Shown here: positions 34,542 to 43,741 of the stretch, piece after piece
Layout of the letters: each line of letters opens with the position of its first letter
Numbering within the stretch: position 1 is the stretch's first letter
Source: an uncultured Prolixibacteraceae bacterium
GTDB taxonomy: Bacteria; Bacteroidota; Bacteroidia; Bacteroidales; FEN-979
Direction: 5' to 3'
Length of the DNA: 64,000 nt
NCBI GenBank assembly: GCA_964473485.1
Contig: CAYYPH010000019.1
Span: 2,668 to 66,667, forward strand
Made by a program: the position numbers and the translations under genes
Notes under the pieces: model-generated
What the model was told of the DNA's origin: nothing
What the model saw: the letters and a program-made list of their open reading frames with translations, nothing else
Database searches by the model: none

Positions 34542-34734
34542 TGCCCGTCCAGCTTAGTCCGCTGGTCTGTATAGTCGGCGACGGGGAGGCAACAGGAGTG
34601 ACACCGGAGATCGTTGCAATACGATGGGCATACCCGATCCTGTCGTCCTCGTTGTTAACGGTCCCTGGAAACTGGCCACCCAAAAATCCGCGGTATTTCA
34701 AAAAAAATCGGACCTTTGTATAAAAGTTTCGATC

Positions 34735-35511
34735 ATGCCCGGCTTTCTCTTTCACGACATCATATTCGGCCCTGTGCGCAGCAGGCGCCTCGGCCTTTCA
34801 TTAGGCATCAACCTGCTGCCCACCCATACAAAACTTTGCTCCTTCAATTGCATCTATTGTGAATGCGGCTGGACCCCGGAACAGACAGGAGATCATCATC
34901 TGCCATCCAGGGAGGAGATCGCCTCATTCCTTGAAATGCGCCTTCGCGAACTGGCTGCTGAATCCTACTTTCCTGACGCGCTGACCTACGCCGGCAATGG
35001 CGAACCAACGCTCCATCCCGACTTTGAAGGGATCGTGGATGACACCATCGCACTGCGCGACCGCTACACCCCCGGGTCAAAAGTCTCCGTGCTTTCAAAT
35101 TCAAGCAGGATCCATAAAGAAGATGTATTCCGCGCCCTGCTTAAACTCGATAACAACATTTTAAAGCTGGATGCGGGCAGTCCCGAAATGTTCCGGTTGA
35201 TCAACCAGCCCGCTGCCTCGGTCGACTTTGAACAGATGATCGGCAACCTTTGCAGGTTCAACGGAAAACTGATCATTCAAAGCCTGTTCCTGAGGGGTAG
35301 CTACAACGGCCAAAAGGTCGACAATACCATGCCGGAAGAGGTAGACCTGTGGATCGGCCATCTGTTGAAGATACGCCCACAACTGGTTATGATCTACCCC
35401 ATCGCCCGCGAAACGCCGGCACACGACCTGGAAAAGATCCCGCTGGATGAGTTGAACCACATCGCCGCACAAGTCGAAGCCGCTGGGATCAGGGCACAGG
35501 TATATCCGTGA
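34735..35511 (+). CDS. Radical SAM protein
   Basis: The start is trimmed to the ATG at 34735 (MPGFLFHDIIFGPVRSRRLG). Has the CxxxCxxC cluster CSFNCIYC. The subfamily is not assignable by eye. Confidence 0.8.
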   Translation: MPGFLFHDIIFGPVRSRRLGLSLGINLLPTHTKLCSFNCIYCECGWTPEQTGDHHLPSREEIASFLEMRLRELAAESYFPDALTYAGNGEPTLHPDFEGIVDDTIALRDRYTPGSKVSVLSNSSRIHKEDVFRALLKLDNNILKLDAGSPEMFRLINQPAASVDFEQMIGNLCRFNGKLIIQSLFLRGSYNGQKVDNTMPEEVDLWIGHLLKIRPQLVMIYPIARETPAHDLEKIPLDELNHIAAQVEAAGIRAQVYP

Positions 35512-35747
35512 CGCGGGACGCGTGACTGGTGACGAAATCGTGACGCGTGACGCGTGACAGGGGATAAAATCGTGACGGGTGACGAAATCGTGACAGGTGA
35601 CGCGTGACTGGTGACGGGAAAAGGATTGACTGAATGATTGAATGATTGATTGATTGATTGATTGGCTGAATCTTTTCCCTATTGCCTATTGCCTAATGCC
35701 TATTACCTGATTTTGAATTTTGACATTTGAACTTTGAATTTTGACTT
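35507..35747. repeat. 240-bp mosaic array: (GTGACGC/GTGACGG)n, (GATTGAAT/GATT)n, (TGCCTAT)n, (TTTGAAT/TTTGACA)n
   Basis: Read directly. The radical SAM stop TGA is part of the first GTGACGC unit. The array ends 3 nt before the ATG of 35751. Confidence 0.95.
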
Positions 35748-35750
35748 CCC

Positions 35751-36155
35751 ATGGACGGTCTCTATTACCCGGCAAAAATCTGGCTGGCCTTTGGTGAGGC
35801 GGTGAACGGAAATACCGAAATCACCGGCTGGCTGCTGAAAAACAGCTACCCTGAAGTGGCAGCCCTGGCGCATGCCATCAGGGGAAGCGAGGAGGCCACC
35901 ACGTGGCTGTTTGCCAATAAATTCTTCCATCTTGCAGCACTCGATGCCGCCATCGATGAGAACATGCAGGCCTATGAATGGCTAAACCGGCACAACCATC
36001 CATTCCTGATCGTATTTGCCGATGCCTGCCGGGGAAAAGAAGCAGCCATCCGCTGGTTCCTGCAGAATAACCTGGAGACTTTTGTCGTCATCGCGAAAAG
36101 AATCAAGTACCTGCGCGACAACACGACATTCGATTATCACAAGAAGCATTTCTAG
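35751..36155 (+). CDS. Hypothetical protein (134 aa) with an internal A-x-x-WL repeat
   Basis: An ATG-initiated ORF directly after a tandem-repeat array. Repeated segments EITGWLLKNSYPEVAALAHAIRGSEEATTWL and QAYEWL...GKEAAIRWFL. No recognisable family. Confidence 0.5.
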   Translation: MDGLYYPAKIWLAFGEAVNGNTEITGWLLKNSYPEVAALAHAIRGSEEATTWLFANKFFHLAALDAAIDENMQAYEWLNRHNHPFLIVFADACRGKEAAIRWFLQNNLETFVVIAKRIKYLRDNTTFDYHKKHF

Positions 36156-36245
36156 TGAATTCAGCACAGCTCAAAGGGCGCTGATAACCTGACCCTGCTG
36201 TTCCTGACTGCTGAACACAATGGCGAGGTCGCCATCAATGCCTGA

Positions 36246-38918
36246 TTAACCGCACTTGGAATACCCGCAGCTCTTGCACACCAGGCATCCTTCCTGGTAA
36301 ACCAGGCCGTTCTGGTCGTTGCACTTGGGACAGGCATGTTCGGCTGCCTTCGTGCCATCGGGGATGAACTTCTTTAGCGCCCGCTCCACGCCGTTCTTCC
36401 AGGTGTTGATCGAGTCAACCTCGAAATGGAGCTTCGAAATGATGTTGACAACAAAGGGGAGCGGCATCCCGTGACGCAGAATTCCTGAGATCAGCTTGGC
36501 ATAATTCCAGTACTCCTTGTTGAATGACCGCGACAAACCTTCGATGGTAATCTTGTAACCCTGGCGGTCCTGGAACTGGAAATCGTAGCGCGACGAAACG
36601 CCGTCGGGCCGCGACTTCACGATCCACCCTTTCTGCACCCACGAAGGAATCCAGAAATCTTCGGCCACCCCGGTGAATATTTCGTATGGTCTACCGTTGA
36701 GAATACCCACCACGGCCACCCATTTTTCATGGTCATTCTGGAATCGCACGATGTCGGCTTCCAGACGGTCGGGCCTGTGCGGGGCACGGGTTTCGCGGAA
36801 TTCGTCGGCATCTTCCTTCTTCTTCTCCTTCTTATCATTGTTCACGAGTACCCCCGCCCTGGAGCCATCGCGGTAAACGGTCATCCCTTTGCATCCAACT
36901 TTCCAGGCGGTTTCATAAATGGTGCCGATAAGCTCCTCCTTAGTGTCGTTGGGAACATTCACCGTAACACTGATCGAATGGTCGACCCATTTCTGGACCG
37001 CCCCTTGCATCTTCACCTTGGCAACCCAGTCGACATCGTTGGCGGTCGCTTTGAAGAAGGGCGACTTGCGGATGATGTTCTTCAGGTCCTTCTCATCCAT
37101 CCGCGACACTTCGTCAACATCGTAACCGTTAACAGTCAGCCAGGTTACGAATTTATGATGAAAGACGTTATACTCCTCCCAGGTATCTCCGACCTCGTCC
37201 TTGAAAGTGATCCTCACATTCTTGTCGTTGGGATTCACTTTCCTGCGCCGTTTGTACGAAACCGCGAAGACCGGCTCAAGCCCCGAGGTGGTCTGGGTAA
37301 GGATGCTCACCGATCCGGTGGGAGCAATGGTTAACATGGCCACATTCCTGCGGCCGTATTTCGCCATATCCTCATACACATCGGGCGCCGCCTCTTTCAT
37401 CCGCATGATGAAGGGATTGTTCTTCTCTCTTTCAGTGGTATAAAGAGGAAAAGGTCCCCTTTCTCGGGCCATAGTAACTGACGAACGGTAGGCTTCGATG
37501 GTCAGTATCTTGTGAACCTCCACCGAGAAATCGGTGGCTTCATCCGATCCGTAACGGGTGCCCAGCGCAGCCAGCATGTCACCTTCGGCGGTGATGCCAA
37601 AACCGGTGCGCCTTCCCTGGATAGCCTTCTTCTTGATATTCAGCCACATATTGCGTTCGCGCGCCTTGATCTCTTCATTCTCGGGATCCGAATCGATCTT
37701 TGCCAGGATCCGGTCGATCTTTTCCAGCTCGAGGTCGATAATGTCGTCCATGATCCGCTGGGCCTTGTGAACATGCTTGATAAAGAGCGCCGAATCAAAA
37801 CTTGCCTCGGCGGTAAAGGGTCTGTCAACGTAATTGTAAAGGTTGATGGCCAGCAGGCGGCAACTGTCGTAGGTGCACAGTGGGATTTCACCGCAGGGAT
37901 TGGTGGAAACGGTGCGGAATCCCAGGTCGGCATAACAATCGGGGATCGACTCTCGGATGATGGTATCCCAGAAAAGGATGCCCGGCTCGGCCGATTTCCA
38001 GGCGTTATGTACGATCTTGCTCCATAGATCACGCGCCCTGATCGGCTTCTTAACGGCGGGATCATCCGAATCGATGGGATAATGCTGTACATACTCACCG
38101 TCATTGATCACCGCCTGCATGAATTCGTCGGTAATCTTCACCGAGATGTTGGCGCCGGTCACCTTGCCCGCCTCCAGTTTGGCATCAATGAAGTGTTCGG
38201 CATCGGGATGCACCACCGAAATGCTGAGCATCAGCGCTCCCCGTCGGCCCTCCTGGGCCACCTCCCGGGTCGAATTCGAATAACGCTCCATGAAGGGAAC
38301 AATGCCTGTCGAAGTGAGCGCCGAATTCTTTACCATGCTGTTCTTTGGCCTGATGTGCGAAAGGTCGTGACCAACCCCCCCACGGCGTTTCATCAACTGA
38401 ACCTGCTCCTCGTCGGTCTTCATGATGGCGCCGTACGAATCCGACGGGCCTTCATTGCCGATCACGAAACAGTTCGACAACGACCCGATCTGGAAATCAT
38501 TACCGATCCCGGCCATCGGACTACCCTGCGGCACAATGTACCGGAAATCGCGCATGAGTTCGAAGAGCTCTTCCTCGCTCATGGGATTGGGATACTTCTT
38601 CTCAATCCTCGCAATCTCCCGGGCAATCCTGCGATGCATGTCATCGGGGGTAAGCTCGAAAAACTGGCCGTCAGAATTTTTCAGGGCATATTTGTTGGCC
38701 CATACATTGGCAGCCAGGCTGTCACCCTTGAAATATTCGGTCGACTTTGCAATTACTTCATCATAGGTATATACCGGACGGTCTTTCTCCGTTGTGTTCA
38801 TCTCCTTCATTTCGTATTCTTCAATCGCAATTTTCGGCCGGATCCTTTTGGCAAGAACCGATTGATAATAATCGGTTTTCGAATCCGTTTCTGTGACTGT
38901 AACCGGATTTTTTTCCAT
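36246..38918 (-). CDS. nrdJ: Class II (adenosylcobalamin-dependent) ribonucleotide reductase
   Basis: About 890 aa with the active-site STNPCGEIPL, ALMLSISVVHPD and TIAPTGSVS. C-terminal Cys-rich tail CPKCNDQNGLVYQEGCLVCKSCGYSKCG. The start may be an internal Met (MKEMNTTEK). Confidence 0.9.
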   Translation of the reverse strand: MEKNPVTVTETDSKTDYYQSVLAKRIRPKIAIEEYEMKEMNTTEKDRPVYTYDEVIAKSTEYFKGDSLAANVWANKYALKNSDGQFFELTPDDMHRRIAREIARIEKKYPNPMSEEELFELMRDFRYIVPQGSPMAGIGNDFQIGSLSNCFVIGNEGPSDSYGAIMKTDEEQVQLMKRRGGVGHDLSHIRPKNSMVKNSALTSTGIVPFMERYSNSTREVAQEGRRGALMLSISVVHPDAEHFIDAKLEAGKVTGANISVKITDEFMQAVINDGEYVQHYPIDSDDPAVKKPIRARDLWSKIVHNAWKSAEPGILFWDTIIRESIPDCYADLGFRTVSTNPCGEIPLCTYDSCRLLAINLYNYVDRPFTAEASFDSALFIKHVHKAQRIMDDIIDLELEKIDRILAKIDSDPENEEIKARERNMWLNIKKKAIQGRRTGFGITAEGDMLAALGTRYGSDEATDFSVEVHKILTIEAYRSSVTMARERGPFPLYTTEREKNNPFIMRMKEAAPDVYEDMAKYGRRNVAMLTIAPTGSVSILTQTTSGLEPVFAVSYKRRRKVNPNDKNVRITFKDEVGDTWEEYNVFHHKFVTWLTVNGYDVDEVSRMDEKDLKNIIRKSPFFKATANDVDWVAKVKMQGAVQKWVDHSISVTVNVPNDTKEELIGTIYETAWKVGCKGMTVYRDGSRAGVLVNNDKKEKKKEDADEFRETRAPHRPDRLEADIVRFQNDHEKWVAVVGILNGRPYEIFTGVAEDFWIPSWVQKGWIVKSRPDGVSSRYDFQFQDRQGYKITIEGLSRSFNKEYWNYAKLISGILRHGMPLPFVVNIISKLHFEVDSINTWKNGVERALKKFIPDGTKAAEHACPKCNDQNGLVYQEGCLVCKSCGYSKCG

Positions 38919-39147
38919 GCAAGAACAGGGTTACGTGATTAATTGCTACTTTTATAAAATCTTGATTATGAATTCTTCCTGAAAAAAAAGCTGGAAGAAA
39001 TTTGGAAGAGCAATTTACAACGAAGTCTGGCGTAACCTCAATTTAGTTATTAACACGGCAAGTGTCTGTCCGGTTAATTTGCTGACTTAAAAAAACATAT
39101 ACCTTAATAATTCAGGGATCAGGCTTCAATGCTGGATTTTCAGTTAC

Positions 39148-39585
39148 CTATGACGGCCAGTGCAGTTTTTTTCCAAAACCGAGACGGTTGTCAGTGAATT
39201 TCAGAACCGAAGGAACGAGCAGCCAGAGATGCAGTTCAGGAGCCAGGCGGGCTATGGGAAACCTTTTATAATAAACTTTTGTATACCTCGACACCTGATC
39301 GGTCGAGACCTTTGAAAGGAGCCCCTGAAACTGAATCCCCCTAATCTTCCCGACCAGCCTTGTTTCAAGCGCAATCGCCCCTGCCACCAGGTTCTGCCCC
39401 CCTTCTTCCACATCCCGGATGTGACGGGTCTCAGGGCCTGAAGTGAATAAAAACCGGTTCTCATCCTGCAGGTAAACATAATAACAGGTGGCGCACCAGG
39501 GAACGTTATCCCTGCAAACGGCCAGGGTGAGAATATGGTGATCGAGAATGAACTCAACCATTCGCTGATCGGGTGATTCCATCAT
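39148..39585 (-). CDS. Pyridoxamine 5'-phosphate oxidase-like (YhbP/general stress 26-like) FMN-binding family protein
   Basis: 145 aa; HILTLAVCRDNVPWCATCYYV...FLFTSGPETRHI resembles the split-barrel PNPOx fold family. Its start overlaps the upstream stop (TAATG). Confidence 0.55.
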   Translation of the reverse strand: MMESPDQRMVEFILDHHILTLAVCRDNVPWCATCYYVYLQDENRFLFTSGPETRHIRDVEEGGQNLVAGAIALETRLVGKIRGIQFQGLLSKVSTDQVSRYTKVYYKRFPIARLAPELHLWLLVPSVLKFTDNRLGFGKKLHWPS

Positions 39586-42500
39586 TAAAAATCAAGACTT
39601 AAGGAAAAATAAAAAACCGGCTTCCTGATCCGCCCATCTTCCACTCCCCAGGCCAGGTCACCCCTGAGAAAATAACCGAACAGCCGGGTACGGGCGCCGA
39701 ACCCGAACCCCTCCACAATGGGATCCTTGATCATCTCCACCTTGATGAATAAAGGATTCCTGTAAATGTACCGGGTAAAAAGCTGGTTATCTTCCGACCA
39801 GGGCGAGGTGCCGGTCCACGCCGTGCCGACATCCCCGAAAGCCACGATCTGGAAATTGTTGATAAAGTCGCTCCTTATCGGTCGGTTGAAGAGATAACGA
39901 AATACCGGCCACCTTATCTCGGTATTGAAAACAAAGAAGCTGTTCCCGTTGCGGATATTCTGACTGAACCCGCGCATGTTGGTGGCAAGCGTCTGGAAGG
40001 CATAATTCTGGTCAAAGGCAACCGGAGTGTTGGCATCGAACGAGGGTATCAACCAGTTGTCGACACCGCCCAGGTAATACAGCAGTTTGTTGCTGCCCCA
40101 CGAAGTGCTGATGGCGAAACGGTTCGCCCATATCAGCATCCGGTGCAACCGCTGGTAGTTCCTGAAATCGGCACCCACCACGGTCACGTTGTTCCCACGG
40201 CTGTTCACCATCTGGTAATACTCCCCGAAGATCTTGTAACGGGTTCCCTTGAAGAGATTGACGCCGAGACTCCTGGTGTTATCGTAGGTCAGCTCTCCCT
40301 TTATGCTTCCCCATACATTGTGAATGTCAGGCTGTTCCAGATTCACCGGATCGGTCGAAAGATAAACGGCCCTATCGTACCTTACCGATGCCGTTCCTTT
40401 GATGTTCAAAACAGGGTTGAACGGGTAGGTGGCCACATAGTATAATTCATGTATCCGGTGCCGGATCAGCGAATAATAACCCGTCTCCTCCACCGATTTG
40501 CGGTGAAATACGATCTGGTGGTCGAGCCGTCTCTTGTAATTTCCATAACTGAACAGGTATTCGTTATTGATGAGGCTGATGTTTAACCGCACCCCGCCAC
40601 TGATCCTGTGATCCTCCATCAGGTCGGTGACCCCGATCATAAAGAGCGCATTCAGACCGGGATTCACGAATACCGGGGTAGCGCTTCCCGTGAATGGCTG
40701 GTAGGCAAAGTTCAGGTAGGTAAAATCGATCTGGGTGACCATCTGGTCGATATAATATTCCACATTGTAATTCAGCTGTTTGGCATTCCGGTATTTGTTG
40801 GCAGTATCCTTGGAAGCCTCACCTCCCTTGCGTGGTTGCGGGAAAAATATCTGGTACCGGTTAAGAAGTGTACGTCCGGTGCTGTCATCAGTCAGCTCCT
40901 CCAGGGTAAAGGTGCTGTCGCGGCCAACCCCGCTCGTATCAAGCTGTGCCATGATCTGGTTGACCACATCGCTCCGTCTTACAATATAAAAATGTCTTTT
41001 GCCCGATGTACGGAATGGTTCAGCCAGCTTAAGCGGTTGTTCTGGTACTGAATCCTGAATGATAATACCCGGTGCAGGAACAGCCGCAGGTTTCATTGGC
41101 CTCACCGGGGGGAGGTCAACCTTCTGAACATGTTTCGGCCTCACCAGGTCGTCGGTGAACATCCGGTAATTGCCACCGGTGAAAATAATCTCGCCCATCC
41201 GTCCGGCCTTGACCGAGACATCCTGCTCAAGGATATTCCGGTTGTAATTCGTCACAGGGAAGGTAGTGGTGAAATACCTGTAATGGGTCGTGGTGTCAAT
41301 ATAGGCAATGGTGCTGTCGTACCTCCCCAGGTAACGCGAAATAATGCCCGACTGATCGCTGAGGAAGGTGAAATAATTCTCTCCGTATGGCATGGGCTGG
41401 ATCTCATGCACCCCTGCAGTGGCGGTCAAACGCTGAAGAGTGGGTCGCCGGGCGGCGTAATGGTATATGAAGAGATCGTGGTCGTACCGCAATGAGTCGA
41501 TCCGGTAAGGTTCATTGAAACGGATGGTGTCGCCAGGGCGGTTGGAGGAAAAAATAATGTCAGCCGAATGATTGAAAAACCTGGGATTCAGATCATTGTA
41601 AATATCTTTGGTGATCTGTTCGTGAGATCCGGATGCGATGTTGTAAACAAATATGTCCGACTGCCCTTGCTGCACTGCCGACATTACCAGGCGGGTCCCG
41701 TCATCGGAATAGGAGATGTCGAGCACCTTCTGGAAATTGACGAGCAACTGGTACTCCTTCGACTTGTCTTCGAGGCTGTAAAATCCCAGCCACACGCCGC
41801 CCTTTCGTTCAATGATATAAGCCAGGGCCCTGCCCGACGGATGCCATGCCAGCAGGGGATAACTGTAATCGGGGCGGTCGGCCAGGCGGTATCCGCCCCT
41901 GTACACCCGCTTCTTTTTCCCGGTTTCGGCATCCTGTATGAATATTTTATAGATGCCCAGGTTGTGTACGGCATACGCTATCTTCTCACCCGCCGGATCG
42001 ATCTTCAGAGAGTGATAGACCCGGTCGGGCTTGTTTCGTTTATTCACCGGCGTACCCTGCCTTTGCATCCTCACCGAATCTTGGTAAGCATAATGCTGGC
42101 GGTAATAATTCATCCATTCCTGCAAAAGGTTTGCAAAACTGATACCCAGCACAGCCTGGAACCCCTTCTCCACATTCCTGCTCAGCCGCGCCATATATAC
42201 AATATTGGGGATGGTCTGGGCCCCGTAATTCTTTTCCACATAATTCCACAGGCTGTGACCGGCATTCGTGGCATCCATCCCGCTGAGGCTGTTGAATTTG
42301 TCGTACTTCCGGCTCACGATGGCGTCATGTACATAGTTCTCGATGTCGGCATCCCATTTCCGCGAGATAAAGGATATCAGTCCGTAAAGATACCAGTCGG
42401 GAACCGTGAACAAGGCGGTATTCTTGATCTGCGACCCGATACCGGTGCCGTAGATCATGTTGTTGAGGATCACCTGGGCAATTCCTGCTCTGATCTGCTG

Positions 42501-42944
42501 GTCGAAATGTTCGTAATTGCCGTCGAAAAATAGCAACACCCGTCCGCCGATGATCCTCGTCACTCCGCCGGTGTTATAATACTCCCAGTCGCCAAACAGG
42601 CCGATATTGCTCTGCTTCAGGTCCGACAACGAATTGAAGATGATGAACTGCACCTTCTCCTCAAGGTTCGATTGCAGCGACAATTCAATCTCCCGGATAT
42701 GCTTGTCGGCATATTCGGCCGTGTACAGGGCCAGTTCACGGCCATTCAGATAATAATAGGTGTCGAATTTGTCGAACCTGAAGTGAAGCCATAGAAAATT
42801 GTTGTACTGTACCCGGCTTTTCCCGAACGTGAGCTGCGAACCATTGTAAAACTGAGCAAATGAGGGGACATTGAAGAGCAGCATCAAAAAAAATCCTGCA
42901 ACTATCCATTTTCTGATATGCAGCAACCCCGTGCGGTTCGTCAT
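39585..42944 (-). CDS. Large outer-membrane protein: N-terminal domain, TolB-like PD40 propeller repeats and C-terminal Omp85-type beta-barrel
   Basis: Signal peptide ...LLFNVPSFAQ. PD40-like LAWHPSGRALAYIIERKGG, ISYSDDGTRLVMSAVQQGQSDIFVYN and NPRFFNHSADIIFSSNR. The C-terminal third has alternating beta pattern and ends ...FYFSLSLDF (terminal Phe). Confidence 0.55.
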   Translation of the reverse strand: MTNRTGLLHIRKWIVAGFFLMLLFNVPSFAQFYNGSQLTFGKSRVQYNNFLWLHFRFDKFDTYYYLNGRELALYTAEYADKHIREIELSLQSNLEEKVQFIIFNSLSDLKQSNIGLFGDWEYYNTGGVTRIIGGRVLLFFDGNYEHFDQQIRAGIAQVILNNMIYGTGIGSQIKNTALFTVPDWYLYGLISFISRKWDADIENYVHDAIVSRKYDKFNSLSGMDATNAGHSLWNYVEKNYGAQTIPNIVYMARLSRNVEKGFQAVLGISFANLLQEWMNYYRQHYAYQDSVRMQRQGTPVNKRNKPDRVYHSLKIDPAGEKIAYAVHNLGIYKIFIQDAETGKKKRVYRGGYRLADRPDYSYPLLAWHPSGRALAYIIERKGGVWLGFYSLEDKSKEYQLLVNFQKVLDISYSDDGTRLVMSAVQQGQSDIFVYNIASGSHEQITKDIYNDLNPRFFNHSADIIFSSNRPGDTIRFNEPYRIDSLRYDHDLFIYHYAARRPTLQRLTATAGVHEIQPMPYGENYFTFLSDQSGIISRYLGRYDSTIAYIDTTTHYRYFTTTFPVTNYNRNILEQDVSVKAGRMGEIIFTGGNYRMFTDDLVRPKHVQKVDLPPVRPMKPAAVPAPGIIIQDSVPEQPLKLAEPFRTSGKRHFYIVRRSDVVNQIMAQLDTSGVGRDSTFTLEELTDDSTGRTLLNRYQIFFPQPRKGGEASKDTANKYRNAKQLNYNVEYYIDQMVTQIDFTYLNFAYQPFTGSATPVFVNPGLNALFMIGVTDLMEDHRISGGVRLNISLINNEYLFSYGNYKRRLDHQIVFHRKSVEETGYYSLIRHRIHELYYVATYPFNPVLNIKGTASVRYDRAVYLSTDPVNLEQPDIHNVWGSIKGELTYDNTRSLGVNLFKGTRYKIFGEYYQMVNSRGNNVTVVGADFRNYQRLHRMLIWANRFAISTSWGSNKLLYYLGGVDNWLIPSFDANTPVAFDQNYAFQTLATNMRGFSQNIRNGNSFFVFNTEIRWPVFRYLFNRPIRSDFINNFQIVAFGDVGTAWTGTSPWSEDNQLFTRYIYRNPLFIKVEMIKDPIVEGFGFGARTRLFGYFLRGDLAWGVEDGRIRKPVFYFSLSLDF

Positions 42945-43102
42945 GGTTCGTTTAGAAAAGCTGGAAAAAATGACGCCGTAAAAGTAAAGAAAATAAGGGT
43001 ACGGTAGAAATATCTATTTTTGCAGGGCCGTGTCAGGTGGGTCAGTTAGCCAGGAATAGGCTGCCGGCTCCTGAACCGGTGCACGCTCAGAAATACCCGC
43101 CT

Positions 43103-43741
43103 ATGATAAGCATTAAAAGATTCACCTTCAACACCTTCATGGTCAACACCTATCTTTTGTGGGATGAAACCAAACAGTGCATTGTGATCGATGCAGCTTG
43201 TTACGACCCGGGAGAACAGGCCGAACTGGCCGCTTTCATCCGCAACGAGGGATTGATCCTGAAAAGGAACCTCAACACGCACTGCCACATCGACCACGTG
43301 CTTGGTAACGGATTTATCCACCATGAATTTGGCATCGCTCCCGAATACCATGCCGGTTCCGTTCCCTTTTTCGAGACTGCCCTTGAGATAGGGTACTCCT
43401 TTGGTTTCCGCATCGACTCAATCCCATCACCCGCCCGGTTCCTGGCCGACGGGGAAACGGTTTCATGGGGGAATTCAACGCTCACGGTGCTGTACACCCC
43501 CGGTCACGCCGAAGGAAGTGTCTGTTTTTACAGTGCCGGCGATGGATTCGTCATTACAGGCGATGTCCTTTTCAAAGATACCATTGGCAGGACTGACCTG
43601 CCGTCGGGCGACTTCGACCAGCTGATGAACAGTATCAGGACCAGGCTCTTCACCCTGCCCCCCGAAACCATTGTTTATCCGGGTCACGGTCCCGAAACGA
43701 CCATCGGTTACGAGATGGCCAACAACCCCTTCATCCGGTGA
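43103..43741 (+). CDS. MBL-fold metallo-hydrolase (glyoxalase II-like)
   Basis: The start is trimmed to MISIKRFTFNTF. HxHxDH motif NTHCHIDHVLG; also TPGHAEGS and GDVLF. Confidence 0.85.
   Translation: MISIKRFTFNTFMVNTYLLWDETKQCIVIDAACYDPGEQAELAAFIRNEGLILKRNLNTHCHIDHVLGNGFIHHEFGIAPEYHAGSVPFFETALEIGYSFGFRIDSIPSPARFLADGETVSWGNSTLTVLYTPGHAEGSVCFYSAGDGFVITGDVLFKDTIGRTDLPSGDFDQLMNSIRTRLFTLPPETIVYPGHGPETTIGYEMANNPFIR

Noticed and set aside
34542-34734. GC-rich 190-nt region upstream of the radical SAM gene as a riboswitch; ORFs 34534..34755 (-) and 34541..34723 (+)
   Set aside because: Only short (5-bp) stems were found and there is no recognisable riboswitch core. The small ORFs have no support.
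38919-39147. Cobalamin riboswitch or NrdR operator upstream of nrdJ
   Set aside because: I could not find the conserved B12-box-like core or paired NrdR boxes by eye. This is left as a low-interest item needing an Rfam scan.
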